A DNA stretch of 62,130 nucleotides from Patescibacteria group bacterium (GCA_041671325.1 JBAZBR010000006.1:1-62130); one strand, 5' to 3'. Shown: positions 18,612 through 28,336, numbered from the stretch's first letter. Notes: generated by a model not told the origin, from the letters alone. Program-made: numbers and translations.

Positions 18612-20462
18612 ATGCCAAAATTAGATAACAATTTGTGGATTGAGGGCGGTTATTATGTTGACTTTGACCAGCTCAACCAGTTTCGGATATTAGGACCCAA
18701 TAACCACCTGTATTGCGGCTTGATTGATATTCCCCGGCACCGGATTGCTATTGATAAAGTTGAAGCCACCGCAGACCAAAAATGCGTGGTGACTGGCCGA
18801 TTCTTGAGCAAGTCTATCAATCTTTATTACCCGACCATGGGCGACATGCGGACCATGCGGGGCTTGGTGGTCGACCAACAAACCGGTACTTTAAAATCAT
18901 TTTTGGAATTAAGGCGCACCGAGCACAGCGAATCCGTACCCATGTGGATCCATAAAAGCATTGGCTCCGAAGGCAAGGCTATTGTCTTTCGCAGGTCTTA
19001 CGGTGAAAAGTGGTATGGCATAACCTTTACTTTTGCCAAGAACGTTTCCATGCATACGCTGGAAAGGCCGTTTGGCGGCTTCCGCTTGGAAGTTAAAACC
19101 AAAACCCAAATCCCTTTCACTATCACTGCCACCACTAATGATTTTCCAGAAGTTACCTATCATTGCTCGGTCCTACCTGCCGAAGCTATTAACTGGAAAG
19201 TCTTTGGCAAAGAGGCTAAAACTATAAGAAAGTTCTGGGACCGTTCTAAAGTTGAAGCTGACCATTTGATAACTTGGGGCAAAACTTCAGGCGACAGGTT
19301 TGGCACGGTCTTCCCTCGGGATTGGATGGAATCAGTCTTGCTAGGCGCTGGCGATATTCCTTCTGAAACAATCGACGCCATGATCTACCGGTGCTTGGCG
19401 AACGTCGACAGTCATGGCAGGATGTGGCATGAAGACGCAGTCGGTGAATTCCGTTACAAGCACCAGCTTTCCGGCCGGGACATCTTTGACCGAAAAATGA
19501 TTGATATTGAGCCATTGACGCTGTTGGCCTTACGTTATGCTTCGCCGTATTTTTGGACTAATAAGGAGGCCATTAAAAAAATCCGCTTAGTTGCCAATTT
19601 CGTGGCTTCGCGGGCCAGGAAAAAACTTTTCATTGCTTTCAAGCTTAAGCCCAAAAAGTACCAGACTAAAGAAGAGCCTTACTACTTAGTCGGCAATTGG
19701 CGGGACAGTACTTGGGCGTACAAGAAAATCCATCCGCATATCGCGCCTTTTGACGTGAATGCCGTGCTTTACCCCCAGGCCCTGGCTTTAATGCAAGCGC
19801 TTTACCAAAAATTAGATTTAAATATTCCGGATTTGAAAAAAATGCTGCAACGCTGGGAAAAGAAACTGGGTGACTTCGCTTTCCAAAATCCGGATAAATT
19901 AACCGCTTTTGCCCTGGCCGTTTATGGTTTCCCCTCCAACGTCCCGGCCACCAGCACAAAAACCAAGCACCAACTTTTAAAGGTCAACCATTTGGATGAA
20001 TGCTTCCTTTACGCCCTGGCTTGGGGTACGGAAACCGAGTTGATAAGTTTTTGTAAGCGGTTGTTGTCAAAAAATTATTTTTATACTGGATCCGGACCCA
20101 TGTTAATTGCCGCCAACAACGACCTGGGTTACACCACCCAGGAATACCACGGCTTGGTAATTTGGACCCAGCAGGTGGGCTTTACGGTCATGGGCTTAGT
20201 CAAACACTATGAACATAAAAAAACAGACTGGAAAACCTCAACCATCCAGCTGCTCAGAGAAACCTCCTTAAAAATCTGTAAAGACATGATAAAAACTTTC
20301 GACAAACTAGGCTCTATCCCCGAACTCCATTATGATGATCATGACATGCCGCGCTTATTCACTGACCAGCAAGCGGTGGGCGAAAGGATGAGCAAGGTTC
20401 AACTCTGGTCGGCCATTGGCGCCAGAAGAATTTTCCGGGAATACTATAAGCTCTTAAAATAA
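18612..20462 (+). CDS. Glycogen-debranching-enzyme-like (amylo-alpha-1,6-glucosidase/MGH1-like) glycoside hydrolase
   Basis: GTVFPRD, GNWRDS, DVNAVLY, YHGLVIW, IPELH and QLWSA align with the TxFGRD, GWKDS, YHNGSVW, LPELF and QAW motifs of (alpha/alpha)6 glucosidases. Confidence 0.65.
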   Translation: MPKLDNNLWIEGGYYVDFDQLNQFRILGPNNHLYCGLIDIPRHRIAIDKVEATADQKCVVTGRFLSKSINLYYPTMGDMRTMRGLVVDQQTGTLKSFLELRRTEHSESVPMWIHKSIGSEGKAIVFRRSYGEKWYGITFTFAKNVSMHTLERPFGGFRLEVKTKTQIPFTITATTNDFPEVTYHCSVLPAEAINWKVFGKEAKTIRKFWDRSKVEADHLITWGKTSGDRFGTVFPRDWMESVLLGAGDIPSETIDAMIYRCLANVDSHGRMWHEDAVGEFRYKHQLSGRDIFDRKMIDIEPLTLLALRYASPYFWTNKEAIKKIRLVANFVASRARKKLFIAFKLKPKKYQTKEEPYYLVGNWRDSTWAYKKIHPHIAPFDVNAVLYPQALALMQALYQKLDLNIPDLKKMLQRWEKKLGDFAFQNPDKLTAFALAVYGFPSNVPATSTKTKHQLLKVNHLDECFLYALAWGTETELISFCKRLLSKNYFYTGSGPMLIAANNDLGYTTQEYHGLVIWTQQVGFTVMGLVKHYEHKKTDWKTSTIQLLRETSLKICKDMIKTFDKLGSIPELHYDDHDMPRLFTDQQAVGERMSKVQLWSAIGARRIFREYYKLLK

Positions 20463-20518
20463 GCTGAAAACTTCACAAAAACTGATTTATTTAATACACT
20501 AGCCCTTCAGCATTAAAT

Positions 20519-23071
20519 ATGCCAATCCCTTATCTTAAAAAAATTACCTATCGGGATCGGATGAACAGGCTCGCTAACAGCCCAGAGCAGCGAGAAAAAA
20601 AGCCGTGGAACAAAAAAAGGGTCTGGAAAACTCTCGGGTTTGTCGCGGTTTTTGGTTTTTTAGCCTGCATAATTATTGTTATCGGAGCCTTTGCTTGGAT
20701 TTCCAGGGACTTGCCCGACCCTAACAAAATTAAAGACCGGGCTGTGGCCCAAAGCACTAAAATTTTTGCCCGGGATGGCGCCACGCTCCTTTATGATGTG
20801 CATGGTGATATCAAAAGGACCTTGATTAAGCTCAGCGACATTCCTTTAACCGCCCAGCAAGCCACGATCAGCCTGGAAGACCAGGAATTTTATAAGCATG
20901 GCGGCATAAGCTTAAAGGGCTTAATTCGTTCGGTTCTTGTTGATATTTTCAGCGGCAGCAAATCCCAAGGCGGTTCAACCATAACCCAACAATTCGTCAA
21001 GAATTCCATCTTGACTACAGAGAAAAAATTCACCCGAAAAATCAAAGAGATAGTCTTGGCTTATGAAATTGAAAAAAAATTCAAGAAAGACGAAATTCTC
21101 CAATTGTATTTCAATGAAATCCCTTATGGCTCGAATATTTACGGCATTGAGGCGGCAAGCCAAACCTTTTTTGACAAGCCGGCAAAAGAGTTGTCCTTGT
21201 CCGAAGGGGCTTTATTAGCCGCCATTACTCAAAGACCGACCTATCTTTCACCTTACGGCAACCATACTGATGCCCTGATTGCTCGCCAACAATACGGCCT
21301 TAAGCAAATGTACGAACAGGGCTACATAACCAAGACCGAATTGGACGGGGCATTGGCCGTGGACATTTTAAAAAGGATAAAGCCAAAACGCGAACAGATG
21401 CGCGCCCCGCATTTTGTCATGATGGTCAAGGAACAACTGGCCGACCGCTATGGTGAAGCGGTTTTGGAAAAAGGCGGCTTAAAGGTTGTCACGACTTTGG
21501 ATTGGGACAAGCAAGAGGTTGCGGAAAAGACGATAACGGACTTGGTCGCAAAAAATGAAAAAAAATATAACGCGGAAAACGCCGCTATGGTGGCGATTGA
21601 TCCCAAGACCGGGCAAGTGCTTTCTTTAGTCGGTTCCCGGGATTATTTTGACACCGCCCATGATGGCAATGTAAATGTGGCAATTCGCGAAAGAAATCCC
21701 GGCTCATCCTTTAAGCCGGTAGTTTATGCTACTGCCTTTAACCAGGGCTATAGTCCAGACACCATGATCTTTGACTTGATCACTAATTTTGGCGGCAGCC
21801 CGGCTTACATTCCCAAAGATTATGACGGCGGCGAACGTGGCCCCGTGACTATGCGCAAGGCCCTAGCCGGCTCCTTGAATATTCCCGCGGTAAAAACTTT
21901 ATATTTAGCTGGCATACCTAATGTCATTGATATGGCCAGAAAGCTTGGTTACACCACTCTCACCGAACCAGATCGCTATGGCTTGGCCCTTGCTTTGGGC
22001 GCGGGCGGCGCAAAATTAATCGAACATACCAATGCTTTCGCGACTTTTGCGGCAAATGGCACGCACCGGCCCATTGCCACCATCATGAAGGTTGAGGACA
22101 AAAACGGAAAAATTTTAGAGCAGTTTAAAGACCAGCCCGAGGAAGTAATTTCCAAAGACGTGGTGGCGAGCTTGTTAAGCGTGCTGACTGATAATGAGGC
22201 TCGGAGTTTTATTTTTGGCTCGCGCAGCCCCCTGGTTTTACCCGACCGCACAGTCTTTGCTAAAACCGGCACCACTAATGACTGGCGCGATGGTTGGGCT
22301 ATTGGGGGCACACCTTCTTTGGTGGCTGGGTTTTGGGCAGGCAATAACGACTATTCGCCCATGGCCAAAGGTGCAGACGGGGTTTTTGTAGCTGCCCCAG
22401 GCTGGAACCAATATTTAAAACAAGTTTTAAAAGGCACAAAAAGGGAAGGTTACCCAAAACCGCCCGAAAATAAAGCCGATAAACCGGTTTTACAAGGCAA
22501 ACTCACCGCCGATACCCCAGTGGTGATTGATCGGGTGACGGGTAAAAAAATTCCCGATGCCTGCAAGGCAACTTACCCTACGGCCTTTGTGGCTGAAGTC
22601 TTAGTTAAAGAAGTCCACGAAATTTTGCAGTATGTCCAGAAAGAGAACCCCAATGGTCCAGCCCCAGAAAACCCCTCGGCTGACCCCCAATACACCCGGT
22701 GGGAAACGCCTGTCCAAAAATGGGCTAAGTCAAAAGGCTACACGGCCACCAGCCCGGATTTGGGCGATTGCAATTTAAGAGACCCGGGCGCCATGCCGAC
22801 CGTCAGTATTGTTTCGCCAACCTTAAACCAGACAGTTAATGCCACGCCCATGGCGGTGAGTGCCGCCACCAACGGTCCCCGGCCCATTAATAAAATTATT
22901 TATTCGGTTGATGACAAGGTTCTGGGCGAATCAAATATTGGCCCGGGTTATTCGGCCAACTTGGATTTAACTGGCTTTGAAAGTGGCTTCCATACTTTGG
23001 CCGCCCAGGTAATTGATAACGTGGAAAACTCCGGTACTTCCAGCCTGACTTTCAATTACTTAATTCAATAA
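20519..23071 (+). CDS. Class A penicillin-binding protein (transglycosylase-transpeptidase) with C-terminal Ig-like domain
   Basis: TM anchor; EDQEFYKHGG, GGSTITQQFVKN and RKIKE transglycosylase motifs; SSFK, SLN and KTG transpeptidase motifs. Confidence 0.93.
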   Translation: MPIPYLKKITYRDRMNRLANSPEQREKKPWNKKRVWKTLGFVAVFGFLACIIIVIGAFAWISRDLPDPNKIKDRAVAQSTKIFARDGATLLYDVHGDIKRTLIKLSDIPLTAQQATISLEDQEFYKHGGISLKGLIRSVLVDIFSGSKSQGGSTITQQFVKNSILTTEKKFTRKIKEIVLAYEIEKKFKKDEILQLYFNEIPYGSNIYGIEAASQTFFDKPAKELSLSEGALLAAITQRPTYLSPYGNHTDALIARQQYGLKQMYEQGYITKTELDGALAVDILKRIKPKREQMRAPHFVMMVKEQLADRYGEAVLEKGGLKVVTTLDWDKQEVAEKTITDLVAKNEKKYNAENAAMVAIDPKTGQVLSLVGSRDYFDTAHDGNVNVAIRERNPGSSFKPVVYATAFNQGYSPDTMIFDLITNFGGSPAYIPKDYDGGERGPVTMRKALAGSLNIPAVKTLYLAGIPNVIDMARKLGYTTLTEPDRYGLALALGAGGAKLIEHTNAFATFAANGTHRPIATIMKVEDKNGKILEQFKDQPEEVISKDVVASLLSVLTDNEARSFIFGSRSPLVLPDRTVFAKTGTTNDWRDGWAIGGTPSLVAGFWAGNNDYSPMAKGADGVFVAAPGWNQYLKQVLKGTKREGYPKPPENKADKPVLQGKLTADTPVVIDRVTGKKIPDACKATYPTAFVAEVLVKEVHEILQYVQKENPNGPAPENPSADPQYTRWETPVQKWAKSKGYTATSPDLGDCNLRDPGAMPTVSIVSPTLNQTVNATPMAVSAATNGPRPINKIIYSVDDKVLGESNIGPGYSANLDLTGFESGFHTLAAQVIDNVENSGTSSLTFNYLIQ

Positions 23072-23190
23072 GTTCGGGTTGACCCCGTACCGTTTTTCTT
23101 GTAATTACCGAGACCTTAATTATAACTTGCTTAAAAAACATAGCCACGTTATTCTTAATCAAGAAATAATTCTTATTTTTTAAGAGTAAT

Positions 23191-23562
23191 ATGGCCAGCG
23201 AACCATCATCCGAAATTGAACAAGAGCCCACTAAGCCAAACGAAGGAGACAAGGCAATTACTATTGTAGCGCTTATTGATGCAAGTGAAGAAGAGGGTGG
23301 CAAAAATTATTTAATTTTGGATAAACGCCTCTTCGCCTGGAAAAATGGCGTGAATTATCTCAAAGAAGAAAAGGGGCTCTCTGAATCAGAGATTGATTCT
23401 TTTATAGTTGGGTTGCCGGAAGAAACAAGAATTTATAAAAAAGAAACCGTTGGTGGGAATGTTTCACCCGATGTGTGGCTGGAGTCGGTGCTCAATGAAT
23501 ACAAAAGAAACCTCGAGGTTGGATCAGAACCAAATAGTGAACCGGCGCGCAACAGACGATAA
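23191..23562 (+). CDS. Acidic hypothetical protein
   Basis: 123-aa ORF filling the gap after the PBP gene; no motif recognised. Confidence 0.5.
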   Translation: MASEPSSEIEQEPTKPNEGDKAITIVALIDASEEEGGKNYLILDKRLFAWKNGVNYLKEEKGLSESEIDSFIVGLPEETRIYKKETVGGNVSPDVWLESVLNEYKRNLEVGSEPNSEPARNRR

Positions 23563-23668
23563 AACCGCTAAACTATTTAGATTTAGCCAGCGGTTTCTAT
23601 GAGATCCGTGATTTTTTGGCGCCTGGCTGTTGGGTTATCCAACCCTTGCTAATGCGGAGTTGGGCGAA

Positions 23669-23794
23669 ATGGGCAGCCAAGCCTATCCCTCAACAGATCC
23701 GCTTGAGACCTTGGGTAAGGTCTTGGTTGTTGCGGCCTTACTCATTCTTGGTTCATTTGTAATTTACTTCCTCTCAAAAAAACACCCAGATTAA
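23669..23794 (+). CDS. Small single-TM protein, possibly the 3' part of a frameshifted gene starting at 23599
   Basis: MGSQAYPSTDPLETLGKVLVVAALLILGSFVIYFLSKKHPD, 41 aa, ending before the terminator at 23817. Confidence 0.35.
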   Translation: MGSQAYPSTDPLETLGKVLVVAALLILGSFVIYFLSKKHPD

Positions 23795-23816
23795 CCCAGG
23801 CCGTATAGCAACTTAA

Positions 23817-23845
23817 AATAACCCAGGAATTTTTCCTGGGTTATT
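23817..23845. terminator. Bidirectional intrinsic terminator after dnaN
   Basis: Perfect 13-bp stem AATAACCCAGGAA/TTCCTGGGTTATT. Confidence 0.8.
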
Positions 23846-23848
23846 GTT

Positions 23849-24955
23849 TTATTGCCTAATTGGCATAACCAGATAACGGAACTTGGTTGGTAATTTGTCG
23901 TGGTCTTTGGGCTCTAAAAGTCCTGGGCTTTTTTCGTCATTCAAGCGCAAGATCACTTCGTCGGTACCTAAAACATTCAGGCCGTCCAGCAAGAACCGCC
24001 AATTAAAAACAATCTTGCCGTCTTTGCCGTCAACACTTGCGGACATTTTTACGTCGCTGGCACCAACCTGGGCGTTGGCCGCTGATAAAATCAGCTCATT
24101 GGTGGTTTGGTAAGTTAAAGTAAAATCATTTATGCCCGAGCGGCAAAACAGGCCTACCTGCCTAAGAACCTTTGAAAAGCCGTCGTTTTCAAAATTTACC
24201 TGGGTGGAAAACTGGCTCGGAATTATTTGGGTATAATCAGGGAACTGGCCTTCAATCAGCCTGGACACCAACTCCACATCCTCAGCAATAAAGCTTATTT
24301 GGTTGTCGCTGATGGTCAGGGTTATATCCCCGGCTTCTGGCGCAACCCTAAGCCATTCTAATAAGCTGCGGTTTGGGACGATAATTTTTTGTTCTTCTTT
24401 GGTGGTAGTTAATTTGGCTTTTGCCTCGGCTAAACGATAACTATCGGTTGCGGCCAAGGTTAAATCCTGGTCTTTTAAATGAAAAAGTACCCCGTTAATT
24501 TCTGGCCTAGCCTCGTCAGAGGCAACCGCAAAAACTGTTTGGCTTAATAGGGTTTTCAAGGTTTTGGCAGGCAAGCTTAGCCTGGCGCCATCCTGAACTT
24601 TTGGTATAACCGGAAAATCCTCGGCAGGTAAACCCTTTAGGGTGGTTTTTGAATCGGAACTGGAAACCATTAATTCCCCATTAACTAATTCAAAAGTAAC
24701 ATTTCCGGGGGGTAATAAATTCAAATAATCCAGAACAACCCTGGCTTGGACCGTAAATTCTCCTGATCTCTCAACTTTTCCACGGACCTGGGTGGTTATG
24801 GCAATTTCCAGGTTTGTTGTTGCTAAAGACACGCCCTCAGCCTCGGCTTTAATCAAGACGTTTTTTAGAATTGGCAGGGTGGTTGAACGGCCAGCAATAT
24901 GGCTAACCATATTTAAACCCCGAGCTAAATTTTCCTGTGTACAAATGAATTTCAT
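23849..24955 (-). CDS. dnaN: DNA polymerase III beta sliding clamp
   Basis: TTLPILKNVL, ATNLEI, ATDSYRL, RLIEGQFPDYTQIIP and YLVMPIR motifs; downstream of dnaA. Confidence 0.97.
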   Translation of the reverse strand: MKFICTQENLARGLNMVSHIAGRSTTLPILKNVLIKAEAEGVSLATTNLEIAITTQVRGKVERSGEFTVQARVVLDYLNLLPPGNVTFELVNGELMVSSSDSKTTLKGLPAEDFPVIPKVQDGARLSLPAKTLKTLLSQTVFAVASDEARPEINGVLFHLKDQDLTLAATDSYRLAEAKAKLTTTKEEQKIIVPNRSLLEWLRVAPEAGDITLTISDNQISFIAEDVELVSRLIEGQFPDYTQIIPSQFSTQVNFENDGFSKVLRQVGLFCRSGINDFTLTYQTTNELILSAANAQVGASDVKMSASVDGKDGKIVFNWRFLLDGLNVLGTDEVILRLNDEKSPGLLEPKDHDKLPTKFRYLVMPIRQ

Positions 24956-25193
24956 AATTTTATATATTTAAAGAGAAGAGGTAGAAGAAGGTGTTGATAA
25001 GTGGATAAATTGTTGTTTGGGCTGTTTTAGTTTTGGTTTTTGAGATATTTACAATGGTTAGGTTGTGGGTAGTTTTAGTAAGGAAAGAGAATAAGTTTTA
25101 AAAAATTGTTTTGAGATATTTTTTACAAAAACTGTAGACAGTTTAGGTTGTGTTGAATTACTTATTAATAACAACCAGCACACATTCTTTTAA
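24956..25193. other. oriC subregion between dnaA and dnaN (AT-rich tract, DnaA-trio-like run, DnaA boxes)
   Basis: TATATATTTA, then GAG AAG AGG TAG AAG AAG (24973..24990), then TGTTGATAA (24992) and AGTGGATAA (25000), each one mismatch from TGTGGATAA. Confidence 0.75.
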
Positions 25194-26573
25194 CTAGTTA
25201 TAAAGCCTCTGCCGAATTAATTTTATGTTTTGTTGGAGTTTTGGATCCTCTTTAACCTGTTTAGAAATCTTTTCCACAGCATGCATTGCGGTTGAATGGT
25301 CGCGACCCCCAAGCTCCTCGCCAATTGTGGGAAAAGAGGCGCTGATTTCCTCACGCATCAAATACATTATCAACTGCCTGGGCCTGACTAATTCTGAACG
25401 CCGGCTTTGGCCTAAAACCTCAGTAACCTTCACGTCGAAAAACTGGCAAACACAGGCAATTATTTGTTTGGGGGTAACTGCGTGCTGTCTTTTGGTTTGG
25501 GCGGCCTGGCTGACTGAGGCTAAGATTTCTTTAATAGAATCAAGGGTTGGCAGGGTCTTGCTTAAGTTGTGGGTAGCCATAATCCGGTTTAAAGCCCCCT
25601 CTAATTCGCGAATATTATCTTGAACTACATTGGCAATATAATTTAAAGACGCATCATCAAGGCTGCAAGATTTTTCCTTGCATTTTGCCCGCAAAATAGC
25701 AATCCTGGTTTCTAAGTCCGGCTCCTGGATATCCGCAATCATTCCCCACTCGAAACGGGAAAGCAGCCGCGCTTCTAAAGCCGCAATTGCTTTGGGTGGC
25801 CGGTCTGATGAGAGGATTATTTGCTTGTTGGTTTGATGCAGGGCGTTAAAGGTATGAAAGAATTCTTCCTGCGTGCCCTCTTTGCCGGCCAAGAACTGGA
25901 CATCATCAACCAGAAGCACCTCCACCGAGCGCCAGCGATCCCGAAAGGCAGTCATTGAACCTTTAAAAATCGCCTGAATAAATTCATTGGTGAAATATTC
26001 ACTGCTGACGTACAAAACCTTGGCCTTAGGTTCTCTCTTCAGAACCTCGTGGCCAATTGCCTGCATTAAATGGGTTTTGCCTAAACCCGCTCCGCCGTAA
26101 ATAAAAAGCGGGTTATAAATCTCACCGGGTTTTTCTGCACAAGCCATTGCCGCGGCCTGGGCCAATTCATTGCCTTTGCCCACGATAAAGTTATCAAATG
26201 TGTATCTTGGATTAAGGCCGGTGGTCTTGGAAATCCCATTCTTACCAGTGGTCTTTGTTTGGGATTCCTCAAGAATTGTTTCTGCGGGAGCGGCGGAAGG
26301 ATTGATTTTGTTTGTTACGCTCTCAACCCGATATTCAATTTCCAGGACTTCGTTTTCCGTAAGGGTCTTAATGGCTCCCAAAATATAATTATGGTATTTG
26401 TTTTCTAACCAGGCTTTAGTAAAGGCGTTGGGAACGCCAACAACAGCCTTATGGCCTTCGACCTGGCTAATAAAAGTATTTTTAAACCAGGTCGTAAAAT
26501 TGGCCTTGCTTAGTTTTAACTCCAGCTCGCCAAGGGTGGCTTGCCAGAGCTTTTCGTTTGGCAGTTTCAGCAT
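25194..26573 (-). CDS. dnaA: Chromosomal replication initiator DnaA
   Basis: Start moved from 26690 to ATG 26573 (MLKLPNEKLWQ); NPLFIYGGAGLGKTHL, LLVDDVQF, QEEFFHTFN, RELEGAL and GGRDHSTAMHA motifs. Confidence 0.98.
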   Translation of the reverse strand: MLKLPNEKLWQATLGELELKLSKANFTTWFKNTFISQVEGHKAVVGVPNAFTKAWLENKYHNYILGAIKTLTENEVLEIEYRVESVTNKINPSAAPAETILEESQTKTTGKNGISKTTGLNPRYTFDNFIVGKGNELAQAAAMACAEKPGEIYNPLFIYGGAGLGKTHLMQAIGHEVLKREPKAKVLYVSSEYFTNEFIQAIFKGSMTAFRDRWRSVEVLLVDDVQFLAGKEGTQEEFFHTFNALHQTNKQIILSSDRPPKAIAALEARLLSRFEWGMIADIQEPDLETRIAILRAKCKEKSCSLDDASLNYIANVVQDNIRELEGALNRIMATHNLSKTLPTLDSIKEILASVSQAAQTKRQHAVTPKQIIACVCQFFDVKVTEVLGQSRRSELVRPRQLIMYLMREEISASFPTIGEELGGRDHSTAMHAVEKISKQVKEDPKLQQNIKLIRQRLYN

Positions 26574-26768
26574 GGTTGAAGCGCCTATATTAATGGGGGT
26601 TTTTAGATAATACCACACAAAAACCCGCAGAAAAACCCACAAAAGTGCATGGTTAGGGAATAAGCTGTGGATTAAATATGGATAACCCAAGCAGTTTTTT
26701 TAAGCTTTGTTTTTTAGGTTTTAAAGTGCTACACTTTGTCTACTTTTCGAATTTCGTATTTAATATAT
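26574..26768. promoter_or_regulatory. oriC/dnaA upstream subregion with DnaA boxes
   Basis: TGTGGATTA (26666..26674) and TATGGATAA (26677..26685), one mismatch each; lies between divergent dnaA and rpmH. Confidence 0.65.
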
Positions 26769-26906
26769 ATGCCAAAACGCACCTATCAACCGAAAAAACG
26801 CAGGCACGCCAGGGTTCACGGGTTTTTAGCCCGAAAAAGAAAGCCCACCGGCCGCAAGGTTTTAAAAGCCAGACGGCACAAAGGCCGGAAGCGCATAGCC
26901 CTTTAA
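26769..26906 (+). CDS. rpmH: 50S ribosomal protein L34
   Basis: Below the ORF-track cutoff; my translation [45 protein letters not shown]. Confidence 0.95.
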   Translation: MPKRTYQPKKRRHARVHGFLARKRKPTGRKVLKARRHKGRKRIAL

Positions 26907-26916
26907 TTTATTAAAG

Positions 26917-27270
26917 GTGTTAGCCAAAGAATTTAGGTTACACAAAGAAAAAGACATATTAAAAATTTTGCGCATAGGAAGGCGCAGGCGCAATGAGGTT
27001 CTGCAAATAATATATATCCCAGGCCAAGCAATGAACAGCCGCGCCTGCGTAGTTGTCTCCAAAAAAATCACCAAAAAAGCCCACGAAAGAAATAAAATTC
27101 GCAGGCAGATCCAAGCGCTTTTACCAATATATCTAAGAACAACCGAAAGACCCTTGGACATTATTATCAGGGTCAATTCCAGCGCTGGTCTTAAACAAGA
27201 AAATTTTAACCTCTCCCTAAAAAATTTGTGGCCAAACCATGGACAACCCCGCCCAACGCATAACCATTAA
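26917..27270 (+). CDS. rnpA: Ribonuclease P protein component
   Basis: LAKEFRL, VVVSKKITKKAHERNKIRRQI (RNR motif); canonical position. Confidence 0.92.
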   Translation: MLAKEFRLHKEKDILKILRIGRRRRNEVLQIIYIPGQAMNSRACVVVSKKITKKAHERNKIRRQIQALLPIYLRTTERPLDIIIRVNSSAGLKQENFNLSLKNLWPNHGQPRPTHNH

Positions 27271-27532
27271 AATTCTCCGCTTTTACCAACTCACGCTTTC
27301 CCCTGACCATAGTTGGGTTAGGGCTAGGCGGCTGGTTGGTGCTTGTCGTTTCCAACCAACCTGCTCGGATTATGCAATCCAAGCCATTGAAAGATTTGGC
27401 TTGGCTCGAGGCGGCTGGTTAGCTGTAAAAAGACTGGCGCGATGTAATCCTTTTAATCATGGCGGCTATGATCCGTGCCCAGCTGGACATTCTAATAACC
27501 CGCAAGGGTTTATCTTAGGCAATAAGAATTAG
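27239..27532 (+). CDS. yidD: Membrane protein insertion efficiency factor YidD
   Basis: CRFQPTCSDYAIQAIERFG...RLARCNPFNHGGYDP. Confidence 0.93.
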   Translation: MDNPAQRITIKILRFYQLTLSPDHSWVRARRLVGACRFQPTCSDYAIQAIERFGLARGGWLAVKRLARCNPFNHGGYDPCPAGHSNNPQGFILGNKN

Positions 27533-27535
27533 CAT

Positions 27536-28336
27536 ATGCATATTTTCGTTGTTATTCTTTACGATCCCCTCTTCAATGGCTTGATGTTTTTGCAAAAATA
27601 TGTTCCTGGGCATGATTTGGGCGTTGCTATAATTTTAGTAACCTTAATAATTAAAGGCTTGCTGTTTTGGCCGTCTTTGTCCGCCATTCACAATCAGCAG
27701 AAAATGCAGGAAATTCAGCCTAAATTAAAAGAGCTGCAGGCAAAATATAAAGACAACAAGGAAGAGCTTTCTCGGCAGCTCATGGCTTTTTATAAAGTCC
27801 ATAAAGTCAACCCATTTTCTTCTTGTCTCCCCCTGCTGTTGCAGCTGCCAATTTTAATTGCTTTATACCGGGTGTTCTTCTCCGGAATTAACATTGACGC
27901 CGCTACCCACCTTTTTAACGCTGACCAGCTTTCCCACCTTTACCCATTCTTGCGTTCGTTCTTTGAGCACACCCAGGTCAGCACCACCTTTCTTGGCTTT
28001 TTAAATTTAACAGCTAAACATAATGTTATCCTGGCTTTATTAGCGGGCGCAGCCCAGTTCTGGCAATCCAAGATGATGATGAGCAAAAAACCACCAAAAG
28101 TTCCGGGCATGAAAGAAGACGGCGCTAAAGATGAGCAAATAACCTCGATCATGACCACGCAGATGACCTATTTGCTGCCAGCCATGACCGTAGTGTTTGG
28201 CTACCAGTTCCCAGCCGGCCTCTCGCTTTATTGGGTGTTTTCAACCTTGTTCCAAGTTGCCCAGCAATATTATTATTTAAAATGGCATAAGCCGAAAATG
28301 GCCGCCAAATCTCAAGAAGTTTTGCCAAAACCATAA
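27536..28336 (+). CDS. yidC: YidC/Oxa1 membrane protein insertase (short form)
   Basis: KMQEIQPKLKELQAKYK, NPFSSCLPLLLQLPIL, FPAGLSLYW. Confidence 0.95.
   Translation: MHIFVVILYDPLFNGLMFLQKYVPGHDLGVAIILVTLIIKGLLFWPSLSAIHNQQKMQEIQPKLKELQAKYKDNKEELSRQLMAFYKVHKVNPFSSCLPLLLQLPILIALYRVFFSGINIDAATHLFNADQLSHLYPFLRSFFEHTQVSTTFLGFLNLTAKHNVILALLAGAAQFWQSKMMMSKKPPKVPGMKEDGAKDEQITSIMTTQMTYLLPAMTVVFGYQFPAGLSLYWVFSTLFQVAQQYYYLKWHKPKMAAKSQEVLPKP

Noticed and set aside
26574-26690. 39-aa N-terminal extension of DnaA in the ORF track
   Set aside because: DnaA similarity begins at MLKLPNEKLW; the extension overlaps DnaA boxes and regulatory DNA.
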